In this document: positions 1 to 10,975 of the stretch, in pieces
Numbering within the stretch: position 1 is the first letter of the stretch
Layout of the letters: each line of letters starts with the position of its first letter
Translations under genes and position numbers: made by a program
The notes under the pieces: model-generated
Seen by the model: the letters and a program-made list of their open reading frames with translations, nothing else
Told to the model about the DNA's origin: nothing
The model's database searches: none
Source of the DNA: an uncultured Chloroflexia bacterium
GTDB taxonomy: Bacteria; Chloroflexota; Anaerolineae; Caldilineales; Caldilineaceae
Length of the DNA: 64,000 nucleotides
Reading direction: 5' to 3'
NCBI GenBank assembly: GCA_963721725.1
Contig: CAVRLX010000032.1
Span: 68,380-132,379 of the forward strand

Positions 1-1267
1 CAATTGCGCCGGCCACACTTTCTCACTGCCCGGGATCTCCACCAGCGTGGGGCGGCCACCACCAGCGGGGAAGACCCACGCTACCTCAACGGTGTGCAAC
101 TCTTTCAGCCGTCCCTGTTCATCGCCCACAAAGTTTTTGGTGGTGATACAGTAGTGGCGTGGATCATCGCCAAAGCGAGCCTGCGCCTCAGCTTGTCCAT
201 AATCCAGCTTCAGCACCTTCGGCCATTCTGGCCACGGATTATCAGGCTGACGCTCCAGCGGCGGCTGCGGCAGAATTTCAAATTGGACCAGACTGTTACA
301 ATGGTGGCGCAGCGATGTGCCCACACAATCGGTTCCTGTGTCGCCGCCGCCGATCACAATCACATCCTTGCCCTTCGGCGGAGATCGGCGTGACCATGTA
401 GCGTGCGCCATTGCGGCGGTTGTCGAGCAGATTTTGGTATTGCCACGCAAAAACTCCATCGCAAAGTGGATGCCCTTCAAGTCGCGCCCTTCGATCGGCA
501 GATCACGCGGCTTGGTGGCCCCGCACACAGAGCACCACAGCGTCGAATTCGTCCACAAGTTGCTCGGCCGGATAATCTTTGCCGATCTCGCGTGTTGGTG
601 ACAAATTTGACCCCCTCGGCCGCCATCAGATCGACACGGCGCTGCACCACGTGGTCTTTGTCCAGCTTCATGTTGGGGATGCCATACATGAGCAGCCCGC
701 CGATGCGATCCGCTCGTTCAAAGACGGTCACCCAGTGGCCGGCTTTGTTGAGTTGCGCGGCACAGGCCAAGCCCCGACGGACCCGACCCAACCACGGCCA
801 CCTTTTTGCCGGTGCGCACTCTGGGTGGTTCGGGCTACAACCCAGCCTTCTTCAAAGCCCTTATCGATGATGGCACACTCAATGCTCTTGATCGTCACTG
901 GCGGCTCGATAATGCCCAGCGTACACGAGCCTTCGCACGGGGCCGGGCAGACGCGCCCGGTGAATTCGGGAAAGTTGTTGGTCTGGTGCAGCCGATCCAG
1001 CGCCTCGCGCCAGCAGGCCGCGATAGACCAGATCGTTCCATTCTGGGATCAGATTATTGACGGGCAGCCAGAGGCCATGCCGTTGATCAGCTGCCCGGTG
1101 TGACAGAACGGAATGCCACAATCCATACAGCGCGCGCCCTGCTGTCTGTAGATTGATTTCAGACATGTGCAGATGAAATTCGTCCCAATCGTGAACTCGT
1201 TCTAACGGCGCGCGCTCAGAGCGGAAGCTGTCGCGGCATACTCCATAAAACCAGTTGGTTTACCCAT
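1..1267 (-). pseudogene. gltD: glutamate synthase small subunit (GltD); C-terminus runs off the window start; interrupted by at least 3 frameshifts
   Basis: The N-terminus MGKPTGFMEY starts at 1267. ORF 477..791 holds the conserved block [61 protein letters not shown]. The expected continuation ([49 protein letters not shown]) can only be read by changing frame. Confidence 0.85.
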
Positions 1268-1403
1268 CTCATTCCTCCGTGTAAAGCGTCGACGGCAGTA
1301 ACAGGATGACAAGATGAAGGGATGACAGGATTGAAGTCGAACGCACCACCTATTTTCCCAATCCCTGGTCACTCTTGTCACTCCTGTCACCTTGTCATCT
1401 CAT

Positions 1404-4400
1404 TAGTTGCCACCGACGCGGGTCACATCGTTCTTGTTACGCTCAAATGCCGCCATCACCGCTTCTTCACCGCTGAGACCCTTCGGCTTCCACCTCGGTC
1501 AGAAGCTTCCAACATGCGCTTGTAATCCTTGGGCATGACCTTGACAAACTTGGGCAGCAATTCATCCCAACGGATCAACACACGCACCGCCACAGTCACT
1601 GGTTGGTGTAGTCGGCGTGGCGCTGGATCATGCGCCTTGACCTCGGCGATCTCTGCGGCGATCGGCCAGCCGTTCCAGATCGACCATCTCTTGGTTACAG
1701 CGGTCTGGCGAAATCGCCTTCCCAGTCGAGCACATAGGCGATGCCGCCCGACATGCCCGCCGCAAAGTTGCGACCGGTCGCGCCCAGCACGACCACGCGG
1801 CCGCCGGTCATGTATTCACAGCCATGATCGCCCACACCTTCGACGACGGCATCGACACCACTGTTGCGCACGCGCAAAACGTTCGCCCGCCATGCCGCGG
1901 ATATACGCTTCGCCGCGGTTGCGCCATAGAGCGCCACGTTGCCGATGATGACTATTTTCTTCGGCCACAAAGGTTGCGCCATCCGCCGGATAGGCAGATC
2001 AACTTGCCGCCAGACAAGCCCCTTGCCAAAGTAGTCGTTGCCATCACCTTCCAGCTCCAGCGTGATGCCGTGTGGCACGAAAGCGCCAAAGCTTTGGCCT
2101 GCCGACCCTTGGAAGTGCAGCATGAATCGTATCTTCGGGCAGACCAGCGCGCGCCATAGCGCCGGGTGACCTCGCTGCCCAGCATCGTGCCGACCACGCG
2201 GTTGACATTGCGAATGGGCAACGTCGCCTTCACCGCTTCGCCCCGCTCCAGCGCCGGTTGGCACAGGTCAAGCAGCGTTGTGTTGTCCAGCGCCTTATCC
2301 AGCCCGTGATCTTGCGCGATCTGGCAATAGCGGCCCACGTCTCCGGCACGTCTGGGCTGCCAGAGCAATGGCGGAGAGGTCAATGCCCCTGGCTTTCCAG
2401 TGGTCAACGGCCTTGCGCGGTTCCAACATATCGCTGCGGCCCGATCATCTCGTTGATCGTGCGGAAGCCCAGCTTCGCCATATATTCGCGCAATTCCTGC
2501 GCAATAAAGTACATAAAGTTGATCACATGTTGCGGGTCGCCGGTAAACTTCTTGCGCAGTTCCGGGTTCTGCGTCGCCACACCCACCGGGCAGGTGTCCA
2601 GATGACAGACGCGCATCATAATGCAGCCCAGCGAAACCAGCGGCGCGGTGGCAAAGCCAAACTCTTCGGCGCCGAGCAACGCGGCAATCGCCACATCGCG
2701 CCCGTCTTGAGTTGACCGTCGGTCTCCAACGCCACGCGGCTGCGCAGATTGTTGAGCACCAGCGTCTGATGCGTCTCGGCCAGGCCCAGTTCCCAGGGCA
2801 GACCGGCATACTTGATGCTCGTCTGCGGCGAAGCGCCGGTGCCGCCATCGTGGCCGCTGATCAAGATCACGTCGGCGTGACCTTTGGCCACGCCTGCCGC
2901 AATCGTGCCCACGCCCACTTCCGAGACCAACTTGACGCTGATGCGGCGCATAGTGGTTGGCATTTTTGAGATCGTGGATCAACTCGGCCAGATCTTCAAT
3001 CGAGTAGATGTCATGGTGCGGCGGCGGTGAAATCAACCCCACACCGGGGGTCGAGTGGCGCGTGCTGGCGATCCACGGGTAGACCTTGGCGACCGGGCAA
3101 TTGGCCACCTTCGCCGGGTTTGGCCCCTTGCGCCATCTTGATCTGCAACTCCCGGGCGTTGACCAGATAGTTCGCTGGTCACACCAAAGCGCCCCGATGC
3201 CACCTGCTTGATCGCGCTGTTTTTGGAATCGCCGTTGGCTGTCCAGCATATAGCGGGCAGGATCTTCGCCGCCTTCGCCGGTGTTGCTCTTGCCGCCGAT
3301 GCGGTTCATGGCAATCGCCAGCGTCTCGTGCGCTTCCTGGCTGATCGAGCCGTAGGACATGGCGCCCGTCTTGAAGCGCTTGACAATCTCCTCCACCGAT
3401 TCTACTTCTTCAATCGGAATCGGCCTGGTCGGCAAATTTAAAGTCGAGCAGGGCGCGCAACGTGCAGAACTCTTTTTCCTGGGCGTTGACCAGCGCCGAA
3501 TATTCCTTGAAGATCGTATAGCTCGCCGTGCGCGTGGCGTATTGCAGTTTATGAATCGTCTGCGGGTTAAAGAGATGGCGTTCGCCTTCGGCACGCCACT
3601 GATATTGACCGCCTGCGATGCAGCACATGGCCGTGCGTCTGTTCGCGCTCGGGAAGGCACGCCGATGGCGAATTTTGCGACTTCTTCGTAGATCTGCTCC
3701 AGACCAATGCCTTCGATCCGCGTTGGGCGTCCAGGTGAAGTATTTATCCACCAGCGCTTGGCTCAGCCCCAGCGCCTCGAAGATCTGGGCACCGCAGTAG
3801 CTCTGCAAGGTGGAGATGCCCATCTTGGAGAGCACCTTGACCACACCTTTGAGGCCAGGCTTTGATGTATTGATATGTCGGCCTTTTCGTCGGCGATATC
3901 GGTCAATCAAGCCCTGGTCGATCATCTCGCGGATCGTTTCATAGGCCAGATAGGGATTGATGGCGGTGGCACCATAGCCGATCAACAGAGCGAAGTGATG
4001 CACCTCGCGTGGCTCGCCGGATTCGACGACCAGCGCCACCTGGGTGCGTAGTCTCTCTCGCGGATCAGATGATGGTGCAGCCCGGCCGTCGCCAACAGCG
4101 CCGGGAATCGGCGCATTGTTCGCGTTCACCCCGCGGTCGGAAAGGATCAAGAATATTGACGCCCGTCGGCAATCGCTGCATCGGCGGCCTGGCAAACATC
4201 GCTTCCAGCGCATTTTCCAAGCCCAGCGGTGCCCTCGCTCAATCTCAAAGAGCATGGGCAGGTGTGCCGCTTTAAAGCCAGGTTCGCTGACAGTGGCGAA
4301 TCTTTGCCAATTCGTCATTCGACAAGGATGGGATTCTTGAGCTTGATCTGATGACAATTTTCGGGCCAGCGTTTCCAGATAGATTCTGCTCGGTGCCCAT

Positions 4401-6114
4401 CATCACATCCGATGCCGTCACCAGTTCCTCGCGGATGGCATCAAGCGGTGGATTGGTCACCTGGGCAAAGAGCTGGCGGAAATAGTTGTAGAGCAGCTGC
4501 GGCTGATCCGACAGCACGGCAAGCGGCGTGTCATCGCCCATGGCGCCCAGCGCCTCGACCCCATTCTTGGCCATCGGGCTCATCAAGACGCGCAGGGTTT
4601 CAAAGGTGTAGCCAAAGGCATGTTGGCGTTGATCAGCAGGCGTGCCGACAGGGATCGGGCATTCACTTTGCCACGCCACCTGGTCCCTTGTCAGCGGGAG
4701 ACGGCAGATCGTCCAGACGTGATCAAATGTTGGTCCAGCCATTCGCGGTAGGGATGCGCCGCGCCATACTCGTCTTTGATCTCTTCGTCGGCGATAATGC
4801 GGCCCTGCAGCCGTATCGACCAGGAACATGCGCCCCGGTTGCAGAGCGCTGCTTGTGCAGAATGCGCTCGGCAGGAATGTCGAGCACGCCCACTTCCGAC
4901 GCCATCACCACCATGTCATCTTTGGTGACATAGTAGCGCGACGGGCGCAGACCATTGCGATCCAGCACCGCGCCGACCACGCGTGCCATCGGTAAAGGCA
5001 ATCGAGGCGGGACCGTCCCACGGCTCCATCAGCGTGCTGTGATATTCGTAAAAGGCCTTCTTGCTCGTCGCTCATGCTCTCGTGGTTGGACCACGGCTCG
5101 GGGATCATCATCATGACGACATGGGGCAACGAGCGCCCGGCCAAGTGCAAGAAATTCCAGTGCATTGTCGAACATGGCGCTAGTCGCTGCCGTCTGGGTC
5201 GACAATTTGGCAGGTGATCTTTTTCCAGATCAGCGCCAAAGAGCTCAGATTTGCAGCACAGATTGGCGGGCGTACATCCAGTTGACATTGCCGCGCAGCG
5301 TGTTGATCTCACCGTTGTGGATGATGTAGCGATAGGGATGGGCACGTTCCCAACTGGGAAAGGTGTTGGTGCTAAAGCGTGAGTGAACCACGGCAATCGC
5401 GCTTTCGACATCGGGATCATCCAGATCCGGGAAATAGGCATCAACCTGTTCGGCCAGCAACATGCCTTTGTAGACAATCGTGCGGCACGAGAGGCTGGCA
5501 ATGTAGAAGCGGTCGCCGGGATAGACGTTGGAATAGCGGATGCTGTGCTCGGCGCGCTTGCGAATCACATAAAGCTTGCGTTCAAAGTCCAGCGTATCGC
5601 CGCCTGTGTCGCCTTCCGCGCGCCCAATGAAAGCCTGGCGCATCAACGGCTCGCCAGATTTAGCCGTCTCGCCCAGGCTGCGATTGTCCGTGGGGACAGT
5701 GCGCCAGCCCAAAAAGCGCAGTCCTTCCTCCATCACAATTTCTTCCAAGCGCTGGGAACATTGCCGGCAATCTCCGTCGTCGGGCGGGCAAAAGACCAGC
5801 GCCACGCCATAATCGCCAGGGGCGGGCAGATCAATGCCAAGCTCGCCGCAGACTTTTTGGAAGAATTTGTGGGGCAGTTGCATTAGAATGCCCGCACCGT
5901 CGCCTGTGTTGTATTCGCTGCCACGTGCGCCGCGGTGATCCAGGTTTTGGAGCACGGTCAGCGCCTGTCGCACAATTTCGTGGGACTTTTTGCCTTTGAT
6001 GTTGACCACGAAGCCCACACCACAGGCGTCGCGCTCAAACTGCGGATCGTACAGCCCTTGTTTGGCTGGCAATCCGCGCGGGGCGGGTTGTTGGGAGGTC
6101 TCTTTCTTGGACAT
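1404..6114 (-). pseudogene. gltB: glutamate synthase large subunit (GltB); about 1570 codons split over at least 8 frame changes
   Basis: ORF 5245..6114 gives the N-terminal Ntn amidotransferase block ([23 protein letters not shown]...HRGA). ORFs 4905..5501, 4723..5001, 4272..4829, 3410..4357, 2404..3660, 2616..2963, 1952..2848 and 1695..2264 carry the successive central, FMN and C-terminal GXGXG blocks. The C-terminus ...KDYKRMLEAS...VTRVGGN and stop are at 1404. A GGAG RBS lies upstream of the ATG at 6114. Confidence 0.9.
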
Positions 6115-6336
6115 AACGATGTCTCCTGCATCAATGGGCTACAAGCACGCTTGCAGTTTTGCATCCAGATGTGGTGACTGCCCAGACCCTGTGCGCGATG
6201 GCACAGAACCAAGGCAGGGGCGTCTGCGTAGACGGAGCGACGACATCGTCGAATTTTCAGCGTTGGGGATGGGGTAACAACCGGGTATCTGCACGGGGAA
6301 CCTATTTGTTCCATTTTGCACAGGCGGTGTCGGTCT

Positions 6337-6365
6337 AATTTACATCAAGGGGGGCGTTTCGTCAA
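6337..6365 (-). promoter_or_regulatory. candidate sigma-70-type promoter for gltB (TTGACG-17 nt-TAAATT)
   Basis: On the minus strand, -35 TTGACG is at 6365..6360 and -10 TAAATT is at 6342..6337, with an exact 17-nt spacer. This would give a leader of about 215 nt. It is a sequence match only. Confidence 0.4.
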
Positions 6366-6400
6366 CTTGAATTCCAGCAATCAGCACTAATTGAGTTCAA

Positions 6401-6835
6401 TCACAGCGTATAAGTATTCTTCTCAAGCCAAGCTAATTCAAACTCATCAACGGAGACAGCGATAGGAGCAGATGCCAAGTCAGGATCATTGACATAAATT
6501 TGTCCACCATCGATGCCAACCTACCACAGCATGGTCAGTAGCCTCATTCCAGTAGGCGAGAGGTTCTGTGTAGATAGCCAGATTACGGGAAGGCCGATGT
6601 TGAGACTTTGCCGAATTTCTGGAATTGATCCTTCGTTCACGCTGACGGCAACACCATATCTACGTAGATTGCGCAAATTGCCACAGGAAGGTGCGCCTTC
6701 GCAAACCGCAACAGCCGTAGCATGTGTGGGACTGAATGGACTGTGCAAATAATCAAGCACCATCGCGGCACATGCAGCAGGCAATCATCTTGCGGGTTGT
6801 TGCTTGTGCGAAACGGCGATCAATTTGGTTGGCAT
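6401..6835 (-). pseudogene. papain-fold peptidase C39-like domain protein (Peptidase_C39_2-like), frameshifted
   Basis: Readable across frames as MPTKLIAVSHKQQPAR / CLPAACAAMVLDYLH...GLPVIWLST / YWNEATDHAVV / VGIDGGQIYVNDPDLASAPIAVSVDEFELAWLEKNTYTL*. The Cys (AACAAMVL), His (DHAVV) and Asp (VNDP) positions are in the order expected for a C39-like catalytic triad. GC is lower than in the flanks. Confidence 0.55.
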
Positions 6836-7035
6836 GAGTGCGTATTCTGCTAATTTCTTCGCGAAAGGGAAACCCACACCGTAGCGCATCCACGCTGCCA
6901 AGACTTCCAGCCAATTCAGCCCCGGCAGCTTCCAGGGTAGGTAGCTTGCCAGCAGGACGTTTTCCAGGACCAGATTGGGATACGTCCATAATAAGAGCCA
7001 TCGTCCTCGATAATTTCGTATTCAGCGTGATTCAA
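6836..7035 (-). pseudogene. HicB-family/UPF0150-like antitoxin-like domain, frameshifted; possibly fused to the downstream C39-like gene
   Basis: From a TTG start at 7035 it reads LNHAEYEIIEDDGSYYGRIP. After frame shifts it reads ...GKLPTLEAAGAEL... and ...EVLAAWMRYGVGFPF. This matches the pattern 'eddG.Y.a.iPdlPG..aqG.TleEa..el.eal..Wl' typical of HicB-like antitoxins. Boundaries are approximate. Confidence 0.4.
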
Positions 7036-7063
7036 AGCTCCTGAATGTATTTAGTTAGCATTA

Positions 7064-7378
7064 CTACTCCATGACTTTGATCCGAAAACCATTCCCATAG
7101 ACCACAACCTCCACGCCGCCGTCCACCACCGAGGGGTGGCTGATCTTGACGCCGATGACGCCATCATAGCCGCGGGATTGGGCTTTTGCGTCCAACTCGA
7201 CCAACGCTTTCTCCACGGCAGTCTCAATTAGCTTTTCATAATGGCCCATGCGCCCGCCCACCAAATTGCGGATATTCTCGCGCACATCGTTGACAATATT
7301 GGCGGCATAGACCGTGACCACGACCAGCAGTTCGCCCAGTTCGACTTCTTCGTGCAGATGATCCAAGGCAACAAGCAT
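7064..7378 (-). CDS. ybjQ: YbjQ/UPF0145 family (heavy-metal-binding-like) protein
   Basis: [79 protein letters not shown]... aligns with the YbjQ signature (anif.D....ir.ivGGrs..YE...). I take the start at the internal Met, position 7378. Confidence 0.8.
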   Translation of the reverse strand: MLVALDHLHEEVELGELLVVVTVYAANIVNDVRENIRNLVGGRMGHYEKLIETAVEKALVELDAKAQSRGYDGVIGVKISHPSVVDGGVEVVVYGNGFRIKVME

Positions 7379-7382
7379 GGCG

Positions 7383-9360
7383 CTACTCCCGATTCTGGTT
7401 TGGCAAGTTAACAATCACATTGACGGGCTGGCCGCGCCGCCAGAGCAGGCGCACGACCAAAAACAGCAAAACCAACCCGCCCAGCACCCACAGCAGAGTT
7501 TGCCACGTGCCATATTTGCCCCAAAAAAGCCACCAACTCACCTCACCGCCCATCATGCGTTGCGTATCCTCGATGACTTGGCCCACGGTCTCCACAGGCG
7601 AGGTGGCCCCTGTCGTCGTCTCCTCGGAAAGAAATGCAATGGTCTCTTCCACATTGCTGCTCTGTAACACGGCTTGGCGCACAGGCTCATTCTGCAACTT
7701 CGCCATCAAGCCCGGATCGCGCAGCAACCGCTCCACCAACAGATTACTCTGGCGAGTTTCCATCCCGGCCACATAGCTCGCCAGCCAGCGCAACTCCGCC
7801 GCATCAAAAACCGCCGCCAATTGCACCAGACTGGCCTGGGGCAGTCCCAACAAAAGCGTGCGATCCAGCCTTTCCAACAGCATGATCTCGGTAATGGCCT
7901 CTTTATCGCCCAATGCCAACACTCGGCCCAACTCATCTCGATCAATAAACGCGCTCAGGATCGACCACCTTGTAAAGCTCGCTTGCCACCACCGCACCCA
8001 GGCTGGCCCCCGCCAGATCCGCCCAGGCCAGCACAAGATTGATGCTGGAGGTCGTGCGCAAAATCTCCAACGCCTCTTGGGGCAGACGGAAAATCTGCTC
8101 CAGCGTGCCGTCGGCAATCGCACGTTGTAGCCCGTCAGCCCCCAACACCTGTTCACTGGTCACCACCACTGTGGTCAGCTTCGACACCTCCGCCGGATCG
8201 GTCTCGTCCACCAGGGCGCGGAACGTCTCATTTTCACCGGCCAAGGCAATCACCTGTGTATATTTCGCCTTAAACTCACTCCAGGCGCTATAGATATCCG
8301 TAGAGACCGCCCGCGCCACCTCTGGCAGCTCCTTGCGTAGCTCTTCATCAATCGTCAGGGTGATCTCGCTGCGGATGCCCGCCTTGATGCTTTCCTCTTG
8401 CAGCGCCTCTTGAATCTGGGGCAGCGCGCCGTTGCCGCCCTCAATCAGATCCCACACAATCAGCCCGCCGCCGATGATCCAGCCGGCGATGGGGATAATC
8501 GAGGTGGCCGCTTTGCCCAAAATGCGCCCAACTACCCGACCCGCAATCCGTTGCGCCAACTTCTGTGCCAGCTTTTTGGCAATCTGCGCGCCGATGATCA
8601 CACCGATGCCCGCCAATGACTTGGTGTGCGCGCCCAGCAACGGGTTGACGCTGGCGTCTACATTCGCCAGATCGACACTCTCCATCTGCTGTTGCAGTTC
8701 GGCTTCAAATAGCCCGGCCATGGTATCCGAATAGCTGTTGCCAATAAATGACTGTACACAGAGCAGCGCCGAGGAGGCCGACCGTGCCGAAATGGCCGTC
8801 ATCTGCTGCGAGATCTCATCGGCCACGCTGCTGGACAGCACATCGATCTTGGCCCGGAACGCCTCCGAGCCGAAGGCGTCGTTGGCAATCTGCGTTGTGA
8901 ATTCCTGCGCTTTGTCCGCCGACCAGCCCGACAGAAAACGACTCCAATAGCTTTCGTCTGCGTAAACCCGATCCACGGCAGCCGAGACCGCGCCCTCAAT
9001 CGTGCTGTCCACGTCCAGCGCGATCCACTGGCGATCCACCACGGCGGCCACGTCCAGTTCATCCTGCCCGCTGACGAAAATCGACTGGGCCAATGTATTC
9101 AGTTCATCGCGCAGCGCTGCCTCTTCAATGGTTTCGCATTCCTCAAATTGATAGAGCGGGCGGCTCTCTTGGGCAGCGAGCGGCGCTGTGGGCCATGCGC
9201 TTGCCAAAAGCAGCGCCACCCAGAGCGCAAGCAAGCGGCGGCGAAATCTTGAAAGATGGGCAAATGGTTTCAAAAGTAACTCCTCTTCAACCGAGATCAG
9301 ACAGACGGCAGCGTTGCATAGACGTCGCAACAGCCGACAATGACATGTTTCAAAGCGCAA
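7383..9360 (-). CDS. hypothetical secreted/membrane protein of about 630 aa; one frameshift near 7960; start uncertain
   Basis: ORF 7942..9360 continues in ORF 7383..8156. It has a signal-like segment [25 protein letters not shown], a central hydrophobic segment [17 protein letters not shown] and a C-terminal TM segment [23 protein letters not shown] recognise no domain. Confidence 0.6.
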
Positions 9361-9497
9361 AAATGATCCTTTGTGGCGCTATCAGTATACACCCGCAGAA
9401 GCTTGTACCTCTCTAATTATACGCCGCAGCCGCTCACAAGGAGATTTTTCAAAGAGCACAAAATGTTTCTTTGTAGCACTGCTTAGTATATAACCGC
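9348..9497 (+). repeat. two direct copies (9348..9396 and 9447..9497) of a conserved ~50-bp AT-rich motif
   Basis: Copy A is tttcaaagcgcaaaaatgatcctttgtggcgctatcagtatacacccgc. Copy B is tttcaaagagcacaaaatgtttctttgtagcactgcttagtatataaccgc. The same motif recurs at 26305..26420. Confidence 0.75.
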
Positions 9498-9554
9498 TTT
9501 GAGACAAGGCACGAAAAGAACCACGCTTCTGCCACACTAGCCCCGGGCTGACAA

Positions 9555-9583
9555 TTGCTCTATTGAAAAGAGCGGGCTACAAT
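9555..9583 (+). promoter_or_regulatory. candidate promoter for the MFS gene (TTGCTC-17 nt-TACAAT)
   Basis: -35 TTGCTC is at 9555..9560 and -10 TACAAT is at 9578..9583, about 42 nt upstream of the ATG at 9625. The small palindrome GCTCT-attgaaa-AGAGC lies in the spacer. Confidence 0.35.
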
Positions 9584-9624
9584 CTGGATCGGTTTACCCT
9601 GCCCACACTCAATGGATCAACCCT

Positions 9625-10902
9625 ATGCCCTCACCGTCGGTCTCCACGGCGGCCCGCCGTCGTATAGCCATTACGTTATTTATTGCCCAAAGTCTCTTCA
9701 GTGCCGCCACCATCTCTGCGTTTACCCTCACGCCAATTGTAGCCGCGCTCCTCAGCGGCAACGATGGCCTCGCCGGTATCCCGGCAACAGTGCTCATGTT
9801 GGGGCGAGCGGCAGCCGCCTATCCATTGGGCTGGCTCATGGATCGCACAGGGCGGCGCAACGGCTTGGCGCTGGGCTTTTTGTTGACTACACTGGGGCTG
9901 GGGATCTGCACCCTGTCAATCGTCTGGGGATCATTCTGGGCGCTCTGTGTCGGCTCGGTCTTCATCGGTATGGGCCGCGCCGCCAGTGAACAGGCCCGCT
10001 TTGTCGCCGCCGAAATATACGTCCCAGGCCAGCGCGCCCGTATTATCGGCATCATCGTCTTTGCCGGGACCGTGGGCGCGATTGGTGGCCCTCTCTTGGT
10101 GGGGCCGTCGGGCACTTGGGCCACCAGCGTGGGCCTGAGCCTTGACGCTGGGCCGTATGCCGCAGGTGGGCTGCTCACGCTAATTGCCACGCTGCTGATT
10201 GTCGGCCTCTTGCACCCCGATCCCAAAGTGCTGGGCGCGGCAGTGGATGCCGACGAGCAACGGGCGGAGAGTGTGGCGAATCTCCCCAAAGTCGCCAAAT
10301 CAGCGCTGCCTATTTTTCAGCGCAGACCCGTGCAGATCGCGCTGCTGGCAATGATCATCGGCCAATTGGTCATGAGCCTGCTCATGGTCATTACGCCGCT
10401 GCACATGCGCTATCATGATCACAGCAACGACGCCGTGGCCTGGGTGATCGCCGCCCACAACCTGGGCATGTACGGCCTCTCCGGGCTGACGGGCTGGCTC
10501 ATCGACCGGCTGGGGCGCCTTCCAATGATTGTGGTCGGCGCGCTGATTTTGATGATTTCCAGCGTCATGATGCCGCTTTCACCGGACTTTTTCCCATTGG
10601 CGCTGGCCCTCTTTCTCTTGGGCTTGGGCTGGAATTTCGCCTTTATCGCCGGCTCGTCGCTGCTCTCCGATGCGCTGGAAAGCCACGAGCGCGGGCGCGT
10701 TCAGGGCATCAGCGAAACCATGATCGCCCTGGCTGCCGGTGTTGCCAGCCTGAGCACAGGCGGCGCGTTTGCTCTGGGCGGCATCCTGGCGGTAACTGCC
10801 GTCGGGCTTGCCTTTTCCCTGGCCCTTCTCGTTGGCGTGGTCTGGCTGCGCCGTCGGGCCACCGTCGAGACGTCCGATCTGGCGTCTTGGCAACGTCCAT
10901 AA
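9625..10902 (+). CDS. MFS transporter
   Basis: An intact 425-aa ORF that is hydrophobic throughout, with about 12 TM segments. It carries the MFS loop motif GWLMDRTGRRNGL. Confidence 0.85.
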   Translation: MPSPSVSTAARRRIAITLFIAQSLFSAATISAFTLTPIVAALLSGNDGLAGIPATVLMLGRAAAAYPLGWLMDRTGRRNGLALGFLLTTLGLGICTLSIVWGSFWALCVGSVFIGMGRAASEQARFVAAEIYVPGQRARIIGIIVFAGTVGAIGGPLLVGPSGTWATSVGLSLDAGPYAAGGLLTLIATLLIVGLLHPDPKVLGAAVDADEQRAESVANLPKVAKSALPIFQRRPVQIALLAMIIGQLVMSLLMVITPLHMRYHDHSNDAVAWVIAAHNLGMYGLSGLTGWLIDRLGRLPMIVVGALILMISSVMMPLSPDFFPLALALFLLGLGWNFAFIAGSSLLSDALESHERGRVQGISETMIALAAGVASLSTGGAFALGGILAVTAVGLAFSLALLVGVVWLRRRATVETSDLASWQRP

Positions 10903-10975
10903 AATCTATTATGACAGCGGCGCAAAATTCTGCGTCCCCCTGCTTCCTACCCTCCTGCTGTGAACCTGAAAGGAA

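Noticed and set aside
6115-6336. A glutamine (glnA-type) riboswitch in the gltB leader.
   Set aside because: I could not find the conserved core elements as I remember them, only generic small hairpins. I kept it as a low-interest structured-leader observation, not an RNA-family call.
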